From Eubacteriales bacterium (GTDB taxonomy: Bacteria > Bacillota > Clostridia > Lachnospirales > JAVBJQ01), in assembly GCA_031546905.1 (NCBI GenBank), contig JAVBJQ010000041.1:39102-103101 (forward strand): a DNA stretch of 64,000 bases, given 5' to 3'. The stretch's first letter is position 1. Each line of letters opens with the position of its first letter. Below are positions 21,935 through 32,909 of this stretch, one piece after another. A program made the translations under genes and the position numbers. Below the pieces are notes generated by a model. It was not told the origin of the DNA, made no database searches, and saw only the letters and a program-made list of their open reading frames with translations.

Positions 21935-24196
21935 ATGCAGTACAAAGAACGGTCCCACCCATTAGTCAATATGAGGATTCAAAATAAGTTTATTCTTATT
22001 TTTGCAGTATTTATTTTATTCTCTATTATTATGGGTGTAGTAGGTATTATGAATATTAATACACAGGTTAAGTTAAATGAACGGGGTTATAACAATACGG
22101 TGAAACCACTGGGTTATATTACAACCTTGACGGATTCCACTTTAAGGATGAGAATCGCACTTCATGATCTTGCGCTAGCTGCTACACCTGAAGAAATACA
22201 AACGGCTACAGATCAACTTACAAACTACTACAAAATTTATACAGACACAAAAGCACAATACATAAGTGACATGGAAAAAGCAAATATGCAAAATTCAGAT
22301 GAATACAAACAACTTGACTCACTTAAATTAGACCCTCAAGTTTTTAATAGTGCCGTAAGTTCCATTACCCAATTAGCAGCAAGTGGTGATAACGATTCTG
22401 CAGAGGCTACCTATAAAAAACTTATGTCTGGTTTTAGTAATTCGGTAGGAACAGCCCTAGTATCCTTACAACAAATGGGGGTACATGAAGCAAATGCACA
22501 GCGTCAAGCGATTCTCAAAGATCGGTCTGATTCTGTTATCATGATGCTTGTACTACTTGCAATCATCATCATTGTCAGTATTTTAGTGCTACGTTTACTG
22601 AATACGCTTATCATTAAACCTCTTTTTCTTGTGCGAAACAGAGCTCTTTTGGTTGCTGAAGGTAACTTTGACACCGTCGTTTCTCTTTATGGTCAAGATG
22701 AAATCGGAGAACTTTCACGTAGTATTGATGCAGTGTCTGATTCATACTTAAATCTTTTAGAAGAAATGAGAATCATGTTAGAGAAGCACGATGCTGGAGA
22801 TATTGACTATCGAATTGACCCAAATAAATTTAAAAGCACTTACAAAGATGTTATTCATAAATTCAACAGTATGGTTGACAGTTATATTTCAAGCACGTTA
22901 GAAATTTTATCTTGTGTAGAAGGCTTTGGAAAAGGTAATTTCGACGTACCTTTAAAATTATATCCTGGTAAAAAAGGAGTTGCCAATGAAATTGTTGACA
23001 ACCTAAGGGATAAACTTAAAAATACAAGAGTGGAAATAGTGAATCTTGCAAAATCTGCGCAAATTGGTGATTTATCAAAAAGAGCCAATGAAGCAAATTT
23101 TGAAGGTGACTGGAAGAACATTATGTATGAATTAAATTCACTTCTTCATGCTGTCATTGCTCCAATTAATGAATCTTCCATGGTTCTTCAAAAAATTTCT
23201 GAAGGTAACTTAAAAGTAAAAGTAGTTGGGGATTATAAAGGTGACTTCGCACTTATTAAAACTTCTTTAAACAGTATGACTGACTTCTTGACTGCTTATA
23301 TTTCAGAAATTTCTATGTTACTGGAAGAACTTTCAAACAATAACATAAACCTAGAAGTAACAAAAGATTATAAAGGCGACTTTTCACAAATTAAAACATC
23401 CTTTAACAAAGTTTTTGAAAAGCTCAATGACGTTCTTCATAGCCTTTCTGAATCATCTAATACCCTTTCTGACTGTAGCACAAGAATTACGGATGCAAGT
23501 TCCATCTTATCTGCTGGGGCTGATGAACAGGCAGGTTCTGTGCAACGCTTGACAGACAAAATTGTTACCATTAGTAATCAAACAAGCAAAAATACAGAAT
23601 ACTCCATGAAAGCAAACGATATTTCCACTACTTCAAAAGTGAATGCAGAAGAAGGAAATCAAGAAATGAGCCAAATGCTTGTTGCTATGGAAAAAATTAA
23701 AGATTCGTCTAACAACATTTCAAAAATTATTAAAGTAATTGAAGACATTGCATTCCAAACAAATTTACTTGCATTAAATGCTGCTGTTGAAGCGGCTCGT
23801 GCTGGGGAACATGGAAAAGGATTTGCAGTAGTAGCTGAGGAAGTTCGTAATTTGGCAGCAAGAAGTCAAACTGCTGCAAAAGAAACAACTGAACTAATTG
23901 AAGATTCTATTACTAAAGTAGATGAAGGTTCTACCATCGCAAGAAAGACAGCTACTATCTTAAATAAAATAGTAGCCAATGTAGGAGAAGTTTCTAGTAT
24001 TATTGAAAGTATTTCTAGCTCCTCCAAGGAACAATCTTCTTCTATTTTGGAAGTTACAAGCGGAATCGAAACGATTTCAAATATAGCAACTGATAATTCA
24101 AAAACATCACAAGAAAGTTTAACTGCTGCTCAGGAACTAATGTCACGTTCCCATTTACTAAGCAACATCGTATCTACTTTTAAAACAAAATCTTAG
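21935..24196 (+). CDS. methyl-accepting chemotaxis protein with multiple HAMP repeats
   Basis: 753 aa. N-terminal TM, sensor region, second TM, repeated HAMP-like segments ([15 protein letters not shown]), and a conserved signalling hairpin [37 protein letters not shown]. Confidence 0.92.
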   Translation: MQYKERSHPLVNMRIQNKFILIFAVFILFSIIMGVVGIMNINTQVKLNERGYNNTVKPLGYITTLTDSTLRMRIALHDLALAATPEEIQTATDQLTNYYKIYTDTKAQYISDMEKANMQNSDEYKQLDSLKLDPQVFNSAVSSITQLAASGDNDSAEATYKKLMSGFSNSVGTALVSLQQMGVHEANAQRQAILKDRSDSVIMMLVLLAIIIIVSILVLRLLNTLIIKPLFLVRNRALLVAEGNFDTVVSLYGQDEIGELSRSIDAVSDSYLNLLEEMRIMLEKHDAGDIDYRIDPNKFKSTYKDVIHKFNSMVDSYISSTLEILSCVEGFGKGNFDVPLKLYPGKKGVANEIVDNLRDKLKNTRVEIVNLAKSAQIGDLSKRANEANFEGDWKNIMYELNSLLHAVIAPINESSMVLQKISEGNLKVKVVGDYKGDFALIKTSLNSMTDFLTAYISEISMLLEELSNNNINLEVTKDYKGDFSQIKTSFNKVFEKLNDVLHSLSESSNTLSDCSTRITDASSILSAGADEQAGSVQRLTDKIVTISNQTSKNTEYSMKANDISTTSKVNAEEGNQEMSQMLVAMEKIKDSSNNISKIIKVIEDIAFQTNLLALNAAVEAARAGEHGKGFAVVAEEVRNLAARSQTAAKETTELIEDSITKVDEGSTIARKTATILNKIVANVGEVSSIIESISSSSKEQSSSILEVTSGIETISNIATDNSKTSQESLTAAQELMSRSHLLSNIVSTFKTKS

Positions 24197-24244
24197 TGTA
24201 CATAGATAGCCATGTTTTTGTAAACTTCTATCCTCCATAAAAAA

Positions 24245-24284
24245 ATGGTATTGCTAATTTTTCATCAGCAATACCATTTTTTTA
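24245..24284. terminator. bidirectional rho-independent terminator
   Basis: ATGGTATTGCT / AGCAATACCAT stem flanked by an A-run and a T-run, between the convergent MCP and pspC-like genes. Confidence 0.8.
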
Positions 24285-24300
24285 TTATCCTATGGATTTC

Positions 24301-24504
24301 TTAATAAACATCTGGTTGTCTTGGAATAATAATTGCACAAATAAAGTAAGCAATTAATCCTGAAAAACCACCAGTAAAAATAGAACCAATCACCCATAGT
24401 AACCTAACAAGGGTTGCATCCATTTTAAAATAATCTGCAATTCCAGCACACACACCATCTAGTTTTATATTGCTATTTGATTTATAAAGTTTTCTTTCCA
24501 TCAT
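24301..24504 (-). CDS. PspC-domain membrane protein
   Basis: KLYKSNSNIKLDGVCAGIADYF..DATLVRLLWV.. is the PspC domain signature followed by a TM helix. Confidence 0.85.
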   Translation of the reverse strand: MMERKLYKSNSNIKLDGVCAGIADYFKMDATLVRLLWVIGSIFTGGFSGLIAYFICAIIIPRQPDVY

Positions 24505-24686
24505 AAAACCTCCTACATTTAATTATCCTGCGAAAAATTTAGTTTCTCGCTTATAAGCATTACTGCTAACCACTATACTATATTTTTTAGAAGTAATTCT
24601 TATGTTATGTTATCAAAATATACGTCTTACAAATAAAGATGTATGAAAAATTTTATAAAAATATTATTTTTTAAAACTTTTTATAC

Positions 24687-25403
24687 CTATATATTATACG
24701 ATAAAAAACATTGTTTATTCTCGCTAAAGCTATAATAGTTATTTTTTGTAATAATAATATGGTCTAAAACCTGAATAGACATATCATTCAGCAAAGATTT
24801 TAAAAACTGAGTCGTCTTAATATCTTTGGCAGAAGGATTTGCTGTTCCACCTGGATGATTATGGGTAAAAATCACATACGTTGATTCGTGCCTTAAAACT
24901 TCTTTGGCTACTTTGCTGGGATAAATTGCACTTTCCATGGCAATGCCCTCCGAAACTTTTGAATGAGCAATGACATTTTTCCCTGTATCAAGACAAATAA
25001 CATAAAAACTTTCTACTTTCTCATCCACAGAAAATAACTTTCTACAATATGCCAAAGCATCTTTTGCGTTATTGATACAGTCTTTTGCTTCCATCTTCCT
25101 GTGATAATAAAACTTCGATATTTCTGGAATAAGCGACACAAGGACAGCAGCATTTTCTGTTATCTCACATCTTCTGGCTATTTCCACAGGTTCTGTTTCA
25201 AACAAGGTGATGATGTCTCCAAACTCCCTAATCATTTTGTGGGCAAGTTTATTGGTATCCCGCCTAGGAAAACAATAAAAAAGAATTAATTCTAAAATTT
25301 CATGATCTTTAAAAACCTTTAACCCATGTTCAACATACTTACTTCTATGACGTTCCCTATGACCTTCGTTGAGATTTTCCTGGTTTTGCTTTTTGGTCGA
25401 CAT
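24687..25403 (-). CDS. radC: RadC-like JAB/MPN domain protein
   Basis: 238 aa. HhH-like N-terminal region (ELILFY..RRDTN) and the JAMM motif FTHNHPGGTANPSAKD. Confidence 0.9.
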   Translation of the reverse strand: MSTKKQNQENLNEGHRERHRSKYVEHGLKVFKDHEILELILFYCFPRRDTNKLAHKMIREFGDIITLFETEPVEIARRCEITENAAVLVSLIPEISKFYYHRKMEAKDCINNAKDALAYCRKLFSVDEKVESFYVICLDTGKNVIAHSKVSEGIAMESAIYPSKVAKEVLRHESTYVIFTHNHPGGTANPSAKDIKTTQFLKSLLNDMSIQVLDHIIITKNNYYSFSENKQCFLSYNI

Positions 25404-25433
25404 GATAAACCCCTTTAACTAAATTCTCTTTGG

Positions 25434-25922
25434 TTAATTTAAATCCTTAATTGCATCTGCCAAGGAGAAAAATTCTTTTTTGTAAATCAGACTTAAAAGT
25501 TCGTCTGTTGTTTTAAGAGCTTTTGACACTAGTTGAACAGGAATGATTTTATTATCAAGTGCTTCTGAAAGTTCACCAATATCCACCACTTTGACATGAT
25601 CTTCATTATAATAAATAACATCAATTAATAAATCGTTAAATGTATACGCATTTGCTTTGGCGTCAAATTCTGTATGAATAATATCGCAATAATAATATAA
25701 AACCTCATCGTTATAATCAATGAACTTACTTATTTTAAAATTCCTCTTCAAAAAATAACAAGAATAGCCCCTTGCAAAGTCAATACGCGGCTTTAATACC
25801 TTCCACTTTGTAATTATGATGTCTTCTGACAAATGAATTATTTCATCATCTTTCAGCAACACTTTCTCATCAGGTATAAATCTTCTTCTATAAATAATTA
25901 CATCATTGGTACTATCCATCAT
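25434..25922 (-). CDS. DUF402-domain protein (FomD-like putative nucleoside di/triphosphatase)
   Basis: 162 aa; the pattern YYYCDIIH..DLLIDV resembles DUF402 proteins. Confidence 0.6.
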   Translation of the reverse strand: MMDSTNDVIIYRRRFIPDEKVLLKDDEIIHLSEDIIITKWKVLKPRIDFARGYSCYFLKRNFKISKFIDYNDEVLYYYCDIIHTEFDAKANAYTFNDLLIDVIYYNEDHVKVVDIGELSEALDNKIIPVQLVSKALKTTDELLSLIYKKEFFSLADAIKDLN

Positions 25923-25953
25923 AATAAAAATATCCCCTTACTGACGATTAAAC

Positions 25954-27423
25954 TTATCGCAAGTTTTTTTCTAGTTCCTGAATAACATATTCTAAAACTT
26001 TTATTCTTGCGTATTTTTTAGAATTGGCTTCTATAATATGCCATGGTGCATACGGTTTATTTGTTTTATAAATCATTTCATTCACAACAATTTCATAGTC
26101 GTCCCATTTCTCTCTATTGCGCCAGTCTTCCGCTGTAATTTTATATTGTTTGAGCGGGTCTTCCTGTCTGCTCTTAAATCTTGCTAACTGCTCGTCTTGA
26201 TCAATGTGAAGCCAGAATTTTAATACAATAGTTCCATGATTTGCAAGATTGAACTCCATGTTATTAATTTCTTTATAGGCACGGTTCCACTCCTCTTTTG
26301 AACAGAAACCTTCCAATCGTTCTACCATTACACGACCATACCAAGATCGATCAAAAATTGTCATGTGCCCATCTTTAGGCATTTTGTTCCAAAATCTCCA
26401 CAAATAATGGTGGGCTAATTCTTCACTGGTGGGTGCTGCCACAGGAACAACTTCATATCCTCTTGGGTCTAGCTCCTCTGTGAGCCTTTTAATATTTCCA
26501 CCCTTCCCTGCTGCATCCCAACCTTCATAAACAATAACAACCGATTTCCTTTTTAAATACAACTCGTAGCCTAGCTCACTTATTCTTTTTTGATAAGCAT
26601 TTAATTTATTTTTATATTCTTTCTGTTCAATATCTTTGTTAACATCACATTTGCTTAAAACATCATATTTTGCATAATATTCTGGTTTTACTTTCACCAT
26701 GTCTACTTTCTCTTTTGCTTCATAATGAGCTATTGCCGCTTCTAACTTTTCAATAATAATCGTAAATGCTGAAATTGTCGCAGATTTTTTATCCTCGGCA
26801 TTAATGATGTTCCATTCCGCATTTTCATTATCTGTTTTTTCAATCATTTCATCATAATATTTTTGATAAATACCGTACTGTTCATTTTGCTTTATATCAT
26901 ATTTATTAACACGCCATTTGGTAGTGGATGTTTTTTCTAGTTCCTTCAAACGCTTTTTTTGTTCCTCTTTTGTAATGTGTAAAAATAACTTGATAATAAC
27001 AGTTCCGTCATCTGTAAGTTGCTTTTCAAACAAATTTACATCTTCGTAAAAATACTTGATTTCATTCTCTTTTAATTGAAGCGCTGAAATGTTTTCAGGT
27101 AAAATAGAGCGATGCCAGCTTTTGTCGATAATAGTGATTCTCCCTCTTGCGGGTGTCCTCGTCCAGTATTTCCACAAGTAAGGGCGCATCACGGCGTCTT
27201 CATTTACTTTATTCATGGTGTACACATTAAAATACCGTGGGTCTAGTGGGTAAAGTACTTTGCTAATTAACGTACCCTTTCCAGCCGCACTGAACCCTTC
27301 ACATACAATCATAACAGGAATTTTTAAGTCTCTTACTTTTAACTGCAAAACAGCTAACTTCGACCCTAATGTTTCCATGGCTTCTTTATATTCTTCTTTC
27401 GAAATAGACGTAGTGTTATTCAA
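25954..27423 (-). CDS. polyphosphate:nucleotide phosphotransferase, tandem PPK2 domains (PAP-like)
   Basis: 489 aa with two repeats of the PPK2 pattern (VMIVCEGFSAAGKG..DKSWHRS and VVIVYEGWDAAGKGG..FDRSWYGR). Confidence 0.88.
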   Translation of the reverse strand: MNNTTSISKEEYKEAMETLGSKLAVLQLKVRDLKIPVMIVCEGFSAAGKGTLISKVLYPLDPRYFNVYTMNKVNEDAVMRPYLWKYWTRTPARGRITIIDKSWHRSILPENISALQLKENEIKYFYEDVNLFEKQLTDDGTVIIKLFLHITKEEQKKRLKELEKTSTTKWRVNKYDIKQNEQYGIYQKYYDEMIEKTDNENAEWNIINAEDKKSATISAFTIIIEKLEAAIAHYEAKEKVDMVKVKPEYYAKYDVLSKCDVNKDIEQKEYKNKLNAYQKRISELGYELYLKRKSVVIVYEGWDAAGKGGNIKRLTEELDPRGYEVVPVAAPTSEELAHHYLWRFWNKMPKDGHMTIFDRSWYGRVMVERLEGFCSKEEWNRAYKEINNMEFNLANHGTIVLKFWLHIDQDEQLARFKSRQEDPLKQYKITAEDWRNREKWDDYEIVVNEMIYKTNKPYAPWHIIEANSKKYARIKVLEYVIQELEKNLR

Positions 27424-27488
27424 ATCAAATTACCTCCAAAACTTTGTCTCCATTTATTATAGTGTTCTTTCAAACTAAAAAAGGTTTT

Positions 27489-27515
27489 GAAAAAGGCTGC
27501 AGATAATCCACAGCC
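27489..27515 (-). terminator. weak terminator after crh-like gene
   Basis: 5-bp stem GGCTG / CAGCC followed by a U-run on the minus strand. The stem is short, hence the low confidence. Confidence 0.35.
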
Positions 27516-27527
27516 ACACTCATAAAA

Positions 27528-27776
27528 CTATTTATTTTCTAAAAATGTAACAAGCTCACCAGCGGCTTGAGCTTCATCTTCTCCGTCCGCAATAATTTCC
27601 ACTGGTTGTCCTTCCAGTATACTTAACGAAATAATCCCCATAATACTTTTTGCATTCACAGTTTTATTATCAATTCTAACTTGTAGCCTACTCGCATATT
27701 TACTGGCTGTTTGAACAAAGATTGCAGCACTTCTAGCCTCCAAGCATGAATTAGCAATAACTGATTGTTGAATCAT
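27528..27776 (-). CDS. HPr-family protein lacking His15 (Crh-like)
   Basis: Aligns by eye to HPr (FVQTASKY..NAKSIMGI). The His15 position reads E (CLEARSA), while the Ser46 context KSIMG is kept. Overlaps the whiA stop by 4 nt. Confidence 0.85.
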   Translation of the reverse strand: MIQQSVIANSCLEARSAAIFVQTASKYASRLQVRIDNKTVNAKSIMGIISLSILEGQPVEIIADGEDEAQAAGELVTFLENK

Positions 27777-28696
27777 AATTGACCTCCCTTTAAAAATTGA
27801 GCAATATCACTTATTTTTCGCAGGCGGTGATTAACGCCAGACTTTCCAACTGTAGGAGTTAGCATATCGCCCAGTTCTTTTAAACTCGCTTCCGGAAACA
27901 TCACACGTTTTTCTGCAATATCAATTAGTTGTTCTGGAAGCGAATTAATCCCTACTTTTTCATTAATATAATGAATATCATCAATATGTTTTACAGAAGC
28001 CTTAATTGTTTTGTTTAGGTTGGCTGTTTCACAATTGACAATACGATTAACATTGTTTCGCATATCTTTCACCACTCTAACATTTTCTAATCCAAGAAGT
28101 GAAACATGAGCCCCGATAATATTCAACATATCGACAATTTGCTCCCCTTCTTTTAAATATAAAATAAAGTGGTTTTTTCTTTCTACTATTTTAGCATCCA
28201 ATTCAAAAAAATTAATTAAATCTTTTAGTTGGCAAGCATACGCATAATCAGCACATACAAATTCAAGGTGGTACGTTTTTTCGGGGTTTGAAATAGAACC
28301 AACACTTAAAAAAGCTCCTCGTATATAAGCTCGTTTACAGCAAATATTTTTCACAATAAGGGAGCTAATGCTTTTTGAAAAATCCCCTGTAGCCGAAAAC
28401 AACTTATTGGTTTCTTCACCACCAAAAATGATGATAACACAATTTTTATTTTTATTCAAACCGACATTGTTTTTAAATATTACTTCCCCGTCTATTTTAA
28501 AAAGTTCTTTAAGTAGTAAGAGGCATTTTTTTGCTAGCAATACATTTTCAAAGCTAAACTTTAAAAAATGCCCCTTTTCATCTTTCTTAACAGTAGCACA
28601 TAAAGTAACAAAAGCCGAAAGCTCTGCAATTTGACAATGACGGTCTTTACCCATATGGTTAAAAATTTCACTTTTCACTTTAGTTGAAAATGACAT
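27773..28696 (-). CDS. whiA: DNA-binding protein WhiA
   Basis: 307 aa: MSFSTKVKSEI.., a LAGLIDADG-like degenerate domain, and a C-terminal HTH LGDMLTPTVGKSGVNHRLRKI. Confidence 0.93.
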   Translation of the reverse strand: MSFSTKVKSEIFNHMGKDRHCQIAELSAFVTLCATVKKDEKGHFLKFSFENVLLAKKCLLLLKELFKIDGEVIFKNNVGLNKNKNCVIIIFGGEETNKLFSATGDFSKSISSLIVKNICCKRAYIRGAFLSVGSISNPEKTYHLEFVCADYAYACQLKDLINFFELDAKIVERKNHFILYLKEGEQIVDMLNIIGAHVSLLGLENVRVVKDMRNNVNRIVNCETANLNKTIKASVKHIDDIHYINEKVGINSLPEQLIDIAEKRVMFPEASLKELGDMLTPTVGKSGVNHRLRKISDIAQFLKGGQL

Positions 28697-28720
28697 GTAA
28701 AGAAGCCTCCAACTGAAATT

Positions 28721-29596
28721 TTACAAATGGTAATCTTTATCAATATCTCGATGATTAATTATAACACTATGCCCTTCTTTTTGCAAAGCTAAATAAAATT
28801 CATTGGCTAACGTAACGGAGCGATGTTTGCCACCAGTACAACCGATGCTGATTACCAATTGATTTTTTCCTTCTTTAATATAATTGGGAATTAAAAATTT
28901 TGTCATGTCTAATAGTTTTTCTAAAAATATGTTGCTCTCCTCCCATGAAAGAACATAATCTCGAACAAGGACATTATTACCTGTAAGTTCTTTCATCTCT
29001 GCAATATAAAAAGGATTTGGAATGAAGCGAACGTCAAAAACCAAGTCTGACTCTGGTGGTGCTCCATATTTAAAACCAAAAGAAAGAATCGTAATCATTA
29101 AACTTTCAAATTTTTCATTTTGTAAAAATATTTTATTAATCTGTTCTTTTAAATGTCTCGTCAGAACATTACTTGTGTCAATGATATAATCTGCTTTTTC
29201 TTTTACCTCCAAAAGAAGTTCTCGTTCTTTTTCAATTCCTACGCTTGCTAACCCACCTTTTGCAAGTGGGTGCATACGCCTTGATTCTTTAAAACGTTTT
29301 AACAGAACTTCATCTTTGGCATCTAAAAATAAAATACTATAATTATAATCTACTTTGCTTATAGAGGAAAGAACTTCAAACATTTCTGAAAATAATTTTC
29401 CACCTCTAATATCAATCCCTAGTGCCACTCTTTCAATATCTGTTCCTGGACGATAACAGATGTCAACAAATTTTGGTATAAGTGCTGGTGGCAAGTTATC
29501 TACACAAAAAAATCCTATATCTTCAAAAAATTTAAGAACTGTACTTTTTCCAGCCCCCGACATACCTGTCACAACAACAAACTGCATTTTTTTCAC
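28721..29596 (-). CDS. rapZ: RNase adapter / nucleotide-binding protein RapZ (YvcJ)
   Basis: 291 aa. Walker A VVTGMSGAGKST, DNLP motif, and C-terminal IGCTGGKHRSV. Confidence 0.93.
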   Translation of the reverse strand: MKKMQFVVVTGMSGAGKSTVLKFFEDIGFFCVDNLPPALIPKFVDICYRPGTDIERVALGIDIRGGKLFSEMFEVLSSISKVDYNYSILFLDAKDEVLLKRFKESRRMHPLAKGGLASVGIEKERELLLEVKEKADYIIDTSNVLTRHLKEQINKIFLQNEKFESLMITILSFGFKYGAPPESDLVFDVRFIPNPFYIAEMKELTGNNVLVRDYVLSWEESNIFLEKLLDMTKFLIPNYIKEGKNQLVISIGCTGGKHRSVTLANEFYLALQKEGHSVIINHRDIDKDYHL

Positions 29597-29609
29597 CTGC
29601 GTTTCTATT

Positions 29610-30518
29610 TTATTCTTCGCCTATTATTCTAACTTCTGGTTCTAATAGGACGTTAAAGTTATGGTAGACCGTTTTTTTAACATATTCAATTAAATGGATA
29701 ATGTCATTGGCTGTGGCATTTTCTTTATTAATGATAAACCCTGCGTGCTTTTCAGAAACTTGGGCACCACCAATGGAATATCCTTTTAAATTTGAGTCTG
29801 TTATGAGTTTCCCTGTAAAATATCCTGTTGGTCTTTTAAAGGTACTTCCAGCACTAGGCATTTCTATCGGTTGTTTTTCATTTCTGAGAGCCGTTACCCT
29901 ATCCATTTCTTTTTTGATGGTGTCATGTTCACCAACCGTAAGTTCAAGTTCTGCTGAGAAAATAACCAGTGCTTCCCGTTGAAAAATACTTTTTCGGTAT
30001 CCAAGCTCTAATTGCTCTTTTGTTAATCTAACAGAATCATGATTTTCATTTAGTGCTGTAACCGATTTTATAACATTTTTCATTTCACCATCATAGGCAC
30101 CAGCATTCATAAAAACTGCCCCACCTAACGTCCCTGGAATACCGCTTGCAAATTCTAACCCTGTTAAGTTATTTTCAAGGGCTTTCACCGAAATGGTAGA
30201 AAGCAAAGCACCAGCGGATACCACCAATGTATGATTTTCTACCGAAATGTTATCAAAGTTTTGATATAGTTGTATAATCATTCCTCTAAACCCTTTGTCA
30301 CGAACCAAAAGATTAGAGCCTCTTCCCATAATAAAATAAGGAATCTTTTCAGCTTTTGCAATTTGTATCGCAAAGATTAGCTGTTGTATGGTTTCGGGAA
30401 CAACAAAAATATCTGCATTTCCACCAGCTTTAAATGTTGTATGTTTTTTCATCGGTTCATTTAAAAAAACACTTTTCTCCCCTAGTTCCCGTAGCAACGC
30501 ACCAATTGCATCTGCCAT
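29610..30518 (-). CDS. murB: UDP-N-acetylenolpyruvoylglucosamine reductase
   Basis: 302 aa. FAD-binding region TTFKAGGNADIFV..GRGSNLL, and C-terminal GSTFKRP..AGFIIN. Confidence 0.95.
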   Translation of the reverse strand: MADAIGALLRELGEKSVFLNEPMKKHTTFKAGGNADIFVVPETIQQLIFAIQIAKAEKIPYFIMGRGSNLLVRDKGFRGMIIQLYQNFDNISVENHTLVVSAGALLSTISVKALENNLTGLEFASGIPGTLGGAVFMNAGAYDGEMKNVIKSVTALNENHDSVRLTKEQLELGYRKSIFQREALVIFSAELELTVGEHDTIKKEMDRVTALRNEKQPIEMPSAGSTFKRPTGYFTGKLITDSNLKGYSIGGAQVSEKHAGFIINKENATANDIIHLIEYVKKTVYHNFNVLLEPEVRIIGEE

Positions 30519-30547
30519 TCAAATTCCCCCTTCAAAACCATATTGAA

Positions 30548-31498
30548 TTAAGCTCCCTTGTGAAGCATGGCGGCTCCAACAATTCCAGCATCATTTCCTA
30601 ATGTAGCAATCACAAGTTTTGTTTTATAAATTCCACCGTAAACCATTTCTTTCACACAGGCTTCAAGAGGTGCTCTTAACACTTCCCCTTGGGCACAAAC
30701 GCCCCCACCAATAACAATAACTTCCGGTTGAAATATATTAATAATATTTGCCAAACCAATGGCAACATATTTGATGTAATCCTGAACTAACTTTATTGCA
30801 ATCTCATCGCCCTTTTCCGCCGCATCAAAAGGAGTTTTTGCATTAATCATGCGTATATCTCCATTGACAAGTTTAAAAATTTCAGAATGAGGGTATCTTG
30901 CAGCAGAAATTCTAGCATCTCGAATTAAACCTGTTGCCGAAGCATACGCTTCCCAACATCCCTTTCTACCACAACCACACAATTCACCATCCACGTTAAT
31001 CACGTGATGCCCAATTTCTCCCCCAGCAAAAAAAGAACCGCTATAAATTTTACCGCCAATGATAATCCCACTTCCTACTCCTGTTCCAAGGGTAATGGTG
31101 AGAGAATTGTTGTATCCTTTTGCTGCTCCGCAAGTGCTTTCGCCTAAAGCTGCACAGTTAGCATCATTCTCAATATACACGGGAACATCAATGTATTTTC
31201 TAACTTCTGCGCAAATAGGAATATTATCAAAATTCAAATTACTTGCATACACCCAAATACCATTTTTAGGGTCTGGCGTTCCTGGGCTTCCAATCCCGAT
31301 AGAATGTATATCTTTTATTGTTAAACCTTCTTCTTCCATTAATTTTATGCAAAGCTGTGCTAAATCTTTCAGCACTTCCTGATAATTTCTTTCACCCAGC
31401 GTAGGAACACTTGCCTTTCTTATGATTGTACCATTTTCTTCTACAATACCAGCCGCTATATTGGTTCCACCTAAGTCAACTCCGATGTAATACATCAA
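30548..31498 (-). CDS. ROK-family glucokinase
   Basis: YIGVDLGGTNIAAG.., the ROK zinc motif GHHVINVDGELCGCGRKGCWE, and a DNDANCAALGE motif. Confidence 0.9.
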   Translation of the reverse strand: MMYYIGVDLGGTNIAAGIVEENGTIIRKASVPTLGERNYQEVLKDLAQLCIKLMEEEGLTIKDIHSIGIGSPGTPDPKNGIWVYASNLNFDNIPICAEVRKYIDVPVYIENDANCAALGESTCGAAKGYNNSLTITLGTGVGSGIIIGGKIYSGSFFAGGEIGHHVINVDGELCGCGRKGCWEAYASATGLIRDARISAARYPHSEIFKLVNGDIRMINAKTPFDAAEKGDEIAIKLVQDYIKYVAIGLANIINIFQPEVIVIGGGVCAQGEVLRAPLEACVKEMVYGGIYKTKLVIATLGNDAGIVGAAMLHKGA

Positions 31499-31509
31499 CT
31501 CATCTCCTT

Positions 31510-32436
31510 TTATTTATCTTTATTCATTTGTCCTAATATTCTCTTGTTCAATTCCTCTGCCGCATTATAACCCATTTTTTTCTGTCTGTGGTTAATTGCT
31601 GCCGACTCACATATAATTGCTAGATTACGTCCTGGTCTTATTGGTATGGCATGACACACTACACTATTTCCTAAAATATCCATATATTCTTCGTTAAGCC
31701 CAATTCTATCATATTCTTTTTTATTATCCCATGTTTCTAGCTTAATAACTAAGTCAATGGACTGGGTTGCCATTACAGACTGAACACCAAACATCTCCCG
31801 TATATCTATTATGCCAATTCCTCGTAACTCTATAAAATATCTGATCACTTCTGGACAACTTCCAATTAATGTCTGTTGAGAAACTCGCTTTACTTCCACC
31901 GCATCATCGGCAACAAGTCTGTGGCCTCTTTTTACAAGTTCCAGTGCTGTTTCACTTTTTCCGATGCCACTTTCTCCCATGATCAAAACGCCTTCGCCAT
32001 ATATATCAACAAAAACACCGTGCATTACGATACTTGGAGCAAGTTGTACTTTCAGCCACCTAATAATTTCTCCCATAAAATCTGTGGTGGATTCTTCCGT
32101 TTGAAGAATGGGAACATTATTTTCATTTGCATACATGAGCATTTCAGGTAATGGCTCTAAATTTCTACAGAAAACAATACAAGGTATTTTGTAGTTAAAT
32201 ATTTTTTTTAGTATTTCATTTCTAAACTCTGGAGACATCTTTGTAATAAAGGTGTATTCCACAAGTCCTATAATTTGTAATCGGTCTGAATCAAAATAAT
32301 CAAAAAAACCAGACAACTGTAACGCTGGCCTATTTATTTCTGCATAATTGATATTTTTATCTGCTAAATCTACGGTTGGCGTAAGATTTTTTAATTTATA
32401 TTCTTTTACTAATTCCGCTACTGAAACTGAGCTCAT
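31510..32436 (-). CDS. hprK: HPr kinase/phosphorylase
   Basis: MHGVFVDIYGEGVLIMGESGIGKSETALELVKRGHRLVADD P-loop region. GGAGGA SD upstream of the ATG at 32436 (track start 32478 is an extension). Confidence 0.95.
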   Translation of the reverse strand: MSSVSVAELVKEYKLKNLTPTVDLADKNINYAEINRPALQLSGFFDYFDSDRLQIIGLVEYTFITKMSPEFRNEILKKIFNYKIPCIVFCRNLEPLPEMLMYANENNVPILQTEESTTDFMGEIIRWLKVQLAPSIVMHGVFVDIYGEGVLIMGESGIGKSETALELVKRGHRLVADDAVEVKRVSQQTLIGSCPEVIRYFIELRGIGIIDIREMFGVQSVMATQSIDLVIKLETWDNKKEYDRIGLNEEYMDILGNSVVCHAIPIRPGRNLAIICESAAINHRQKKMGYNAAEELNKRILGQMNKDK

Positions 32437-32502
32437 ACAATTCCTCCTTCGTAAACAGCCACTATTGTAACAAACCATTTCGTAAAAAAAAAGGAAAGAA
32501 AT

Positions 32503-32820
32503 TTATCTTCCCATTTGTTCTAATTTGGTTACTCTAATGCCGTTTCTTACCACATTGACTTTGGTAATTTCCTCTTTTACATTTAAATAGATGTTACATT
32601 CCTCTGCTAGGTCCACTCGCATTTTATTAAACTTTGTTATTTGGAGGGCATTTAATATTTCTTCAAGCTCCGCTTTTACCAAAAGTTCTTCCGCAACAAT
32701 TGTCAAATCAATTTTTTCTTCGCCAACATTTAAAATAATATGAACATTGGCAATATCGCCTTGACCTACTTTTGTATAAACATAGTCTTGTTCATAGGAA
32801 GTTGTTTTGTTAATCATCAT
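32503..32820 (-). CDS. hypothetical protein
   Basis: 105-aa ORF between uvrC and hprK on the same strand. No recognised motif. Confidence 0.45.
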   Translation of the reverse strand: MMINKTTSYEQDYVYTKVGQGDIANVHIILNVGEEKIDLTIVAEELLVKAELEEILNALQITKFNKMRVDLAEECNIYLNVKEEITKVNVVRNGIRVTKLEQMGR

Positions 32821-32909
32821 TAAAACCGCCCCTTCTCACTTCATCTCAAAACAAAATATTTCTTGAAATTATCATACCTTAAATATCCTTTTTTTTCAAT
32901 AGGTTCACA

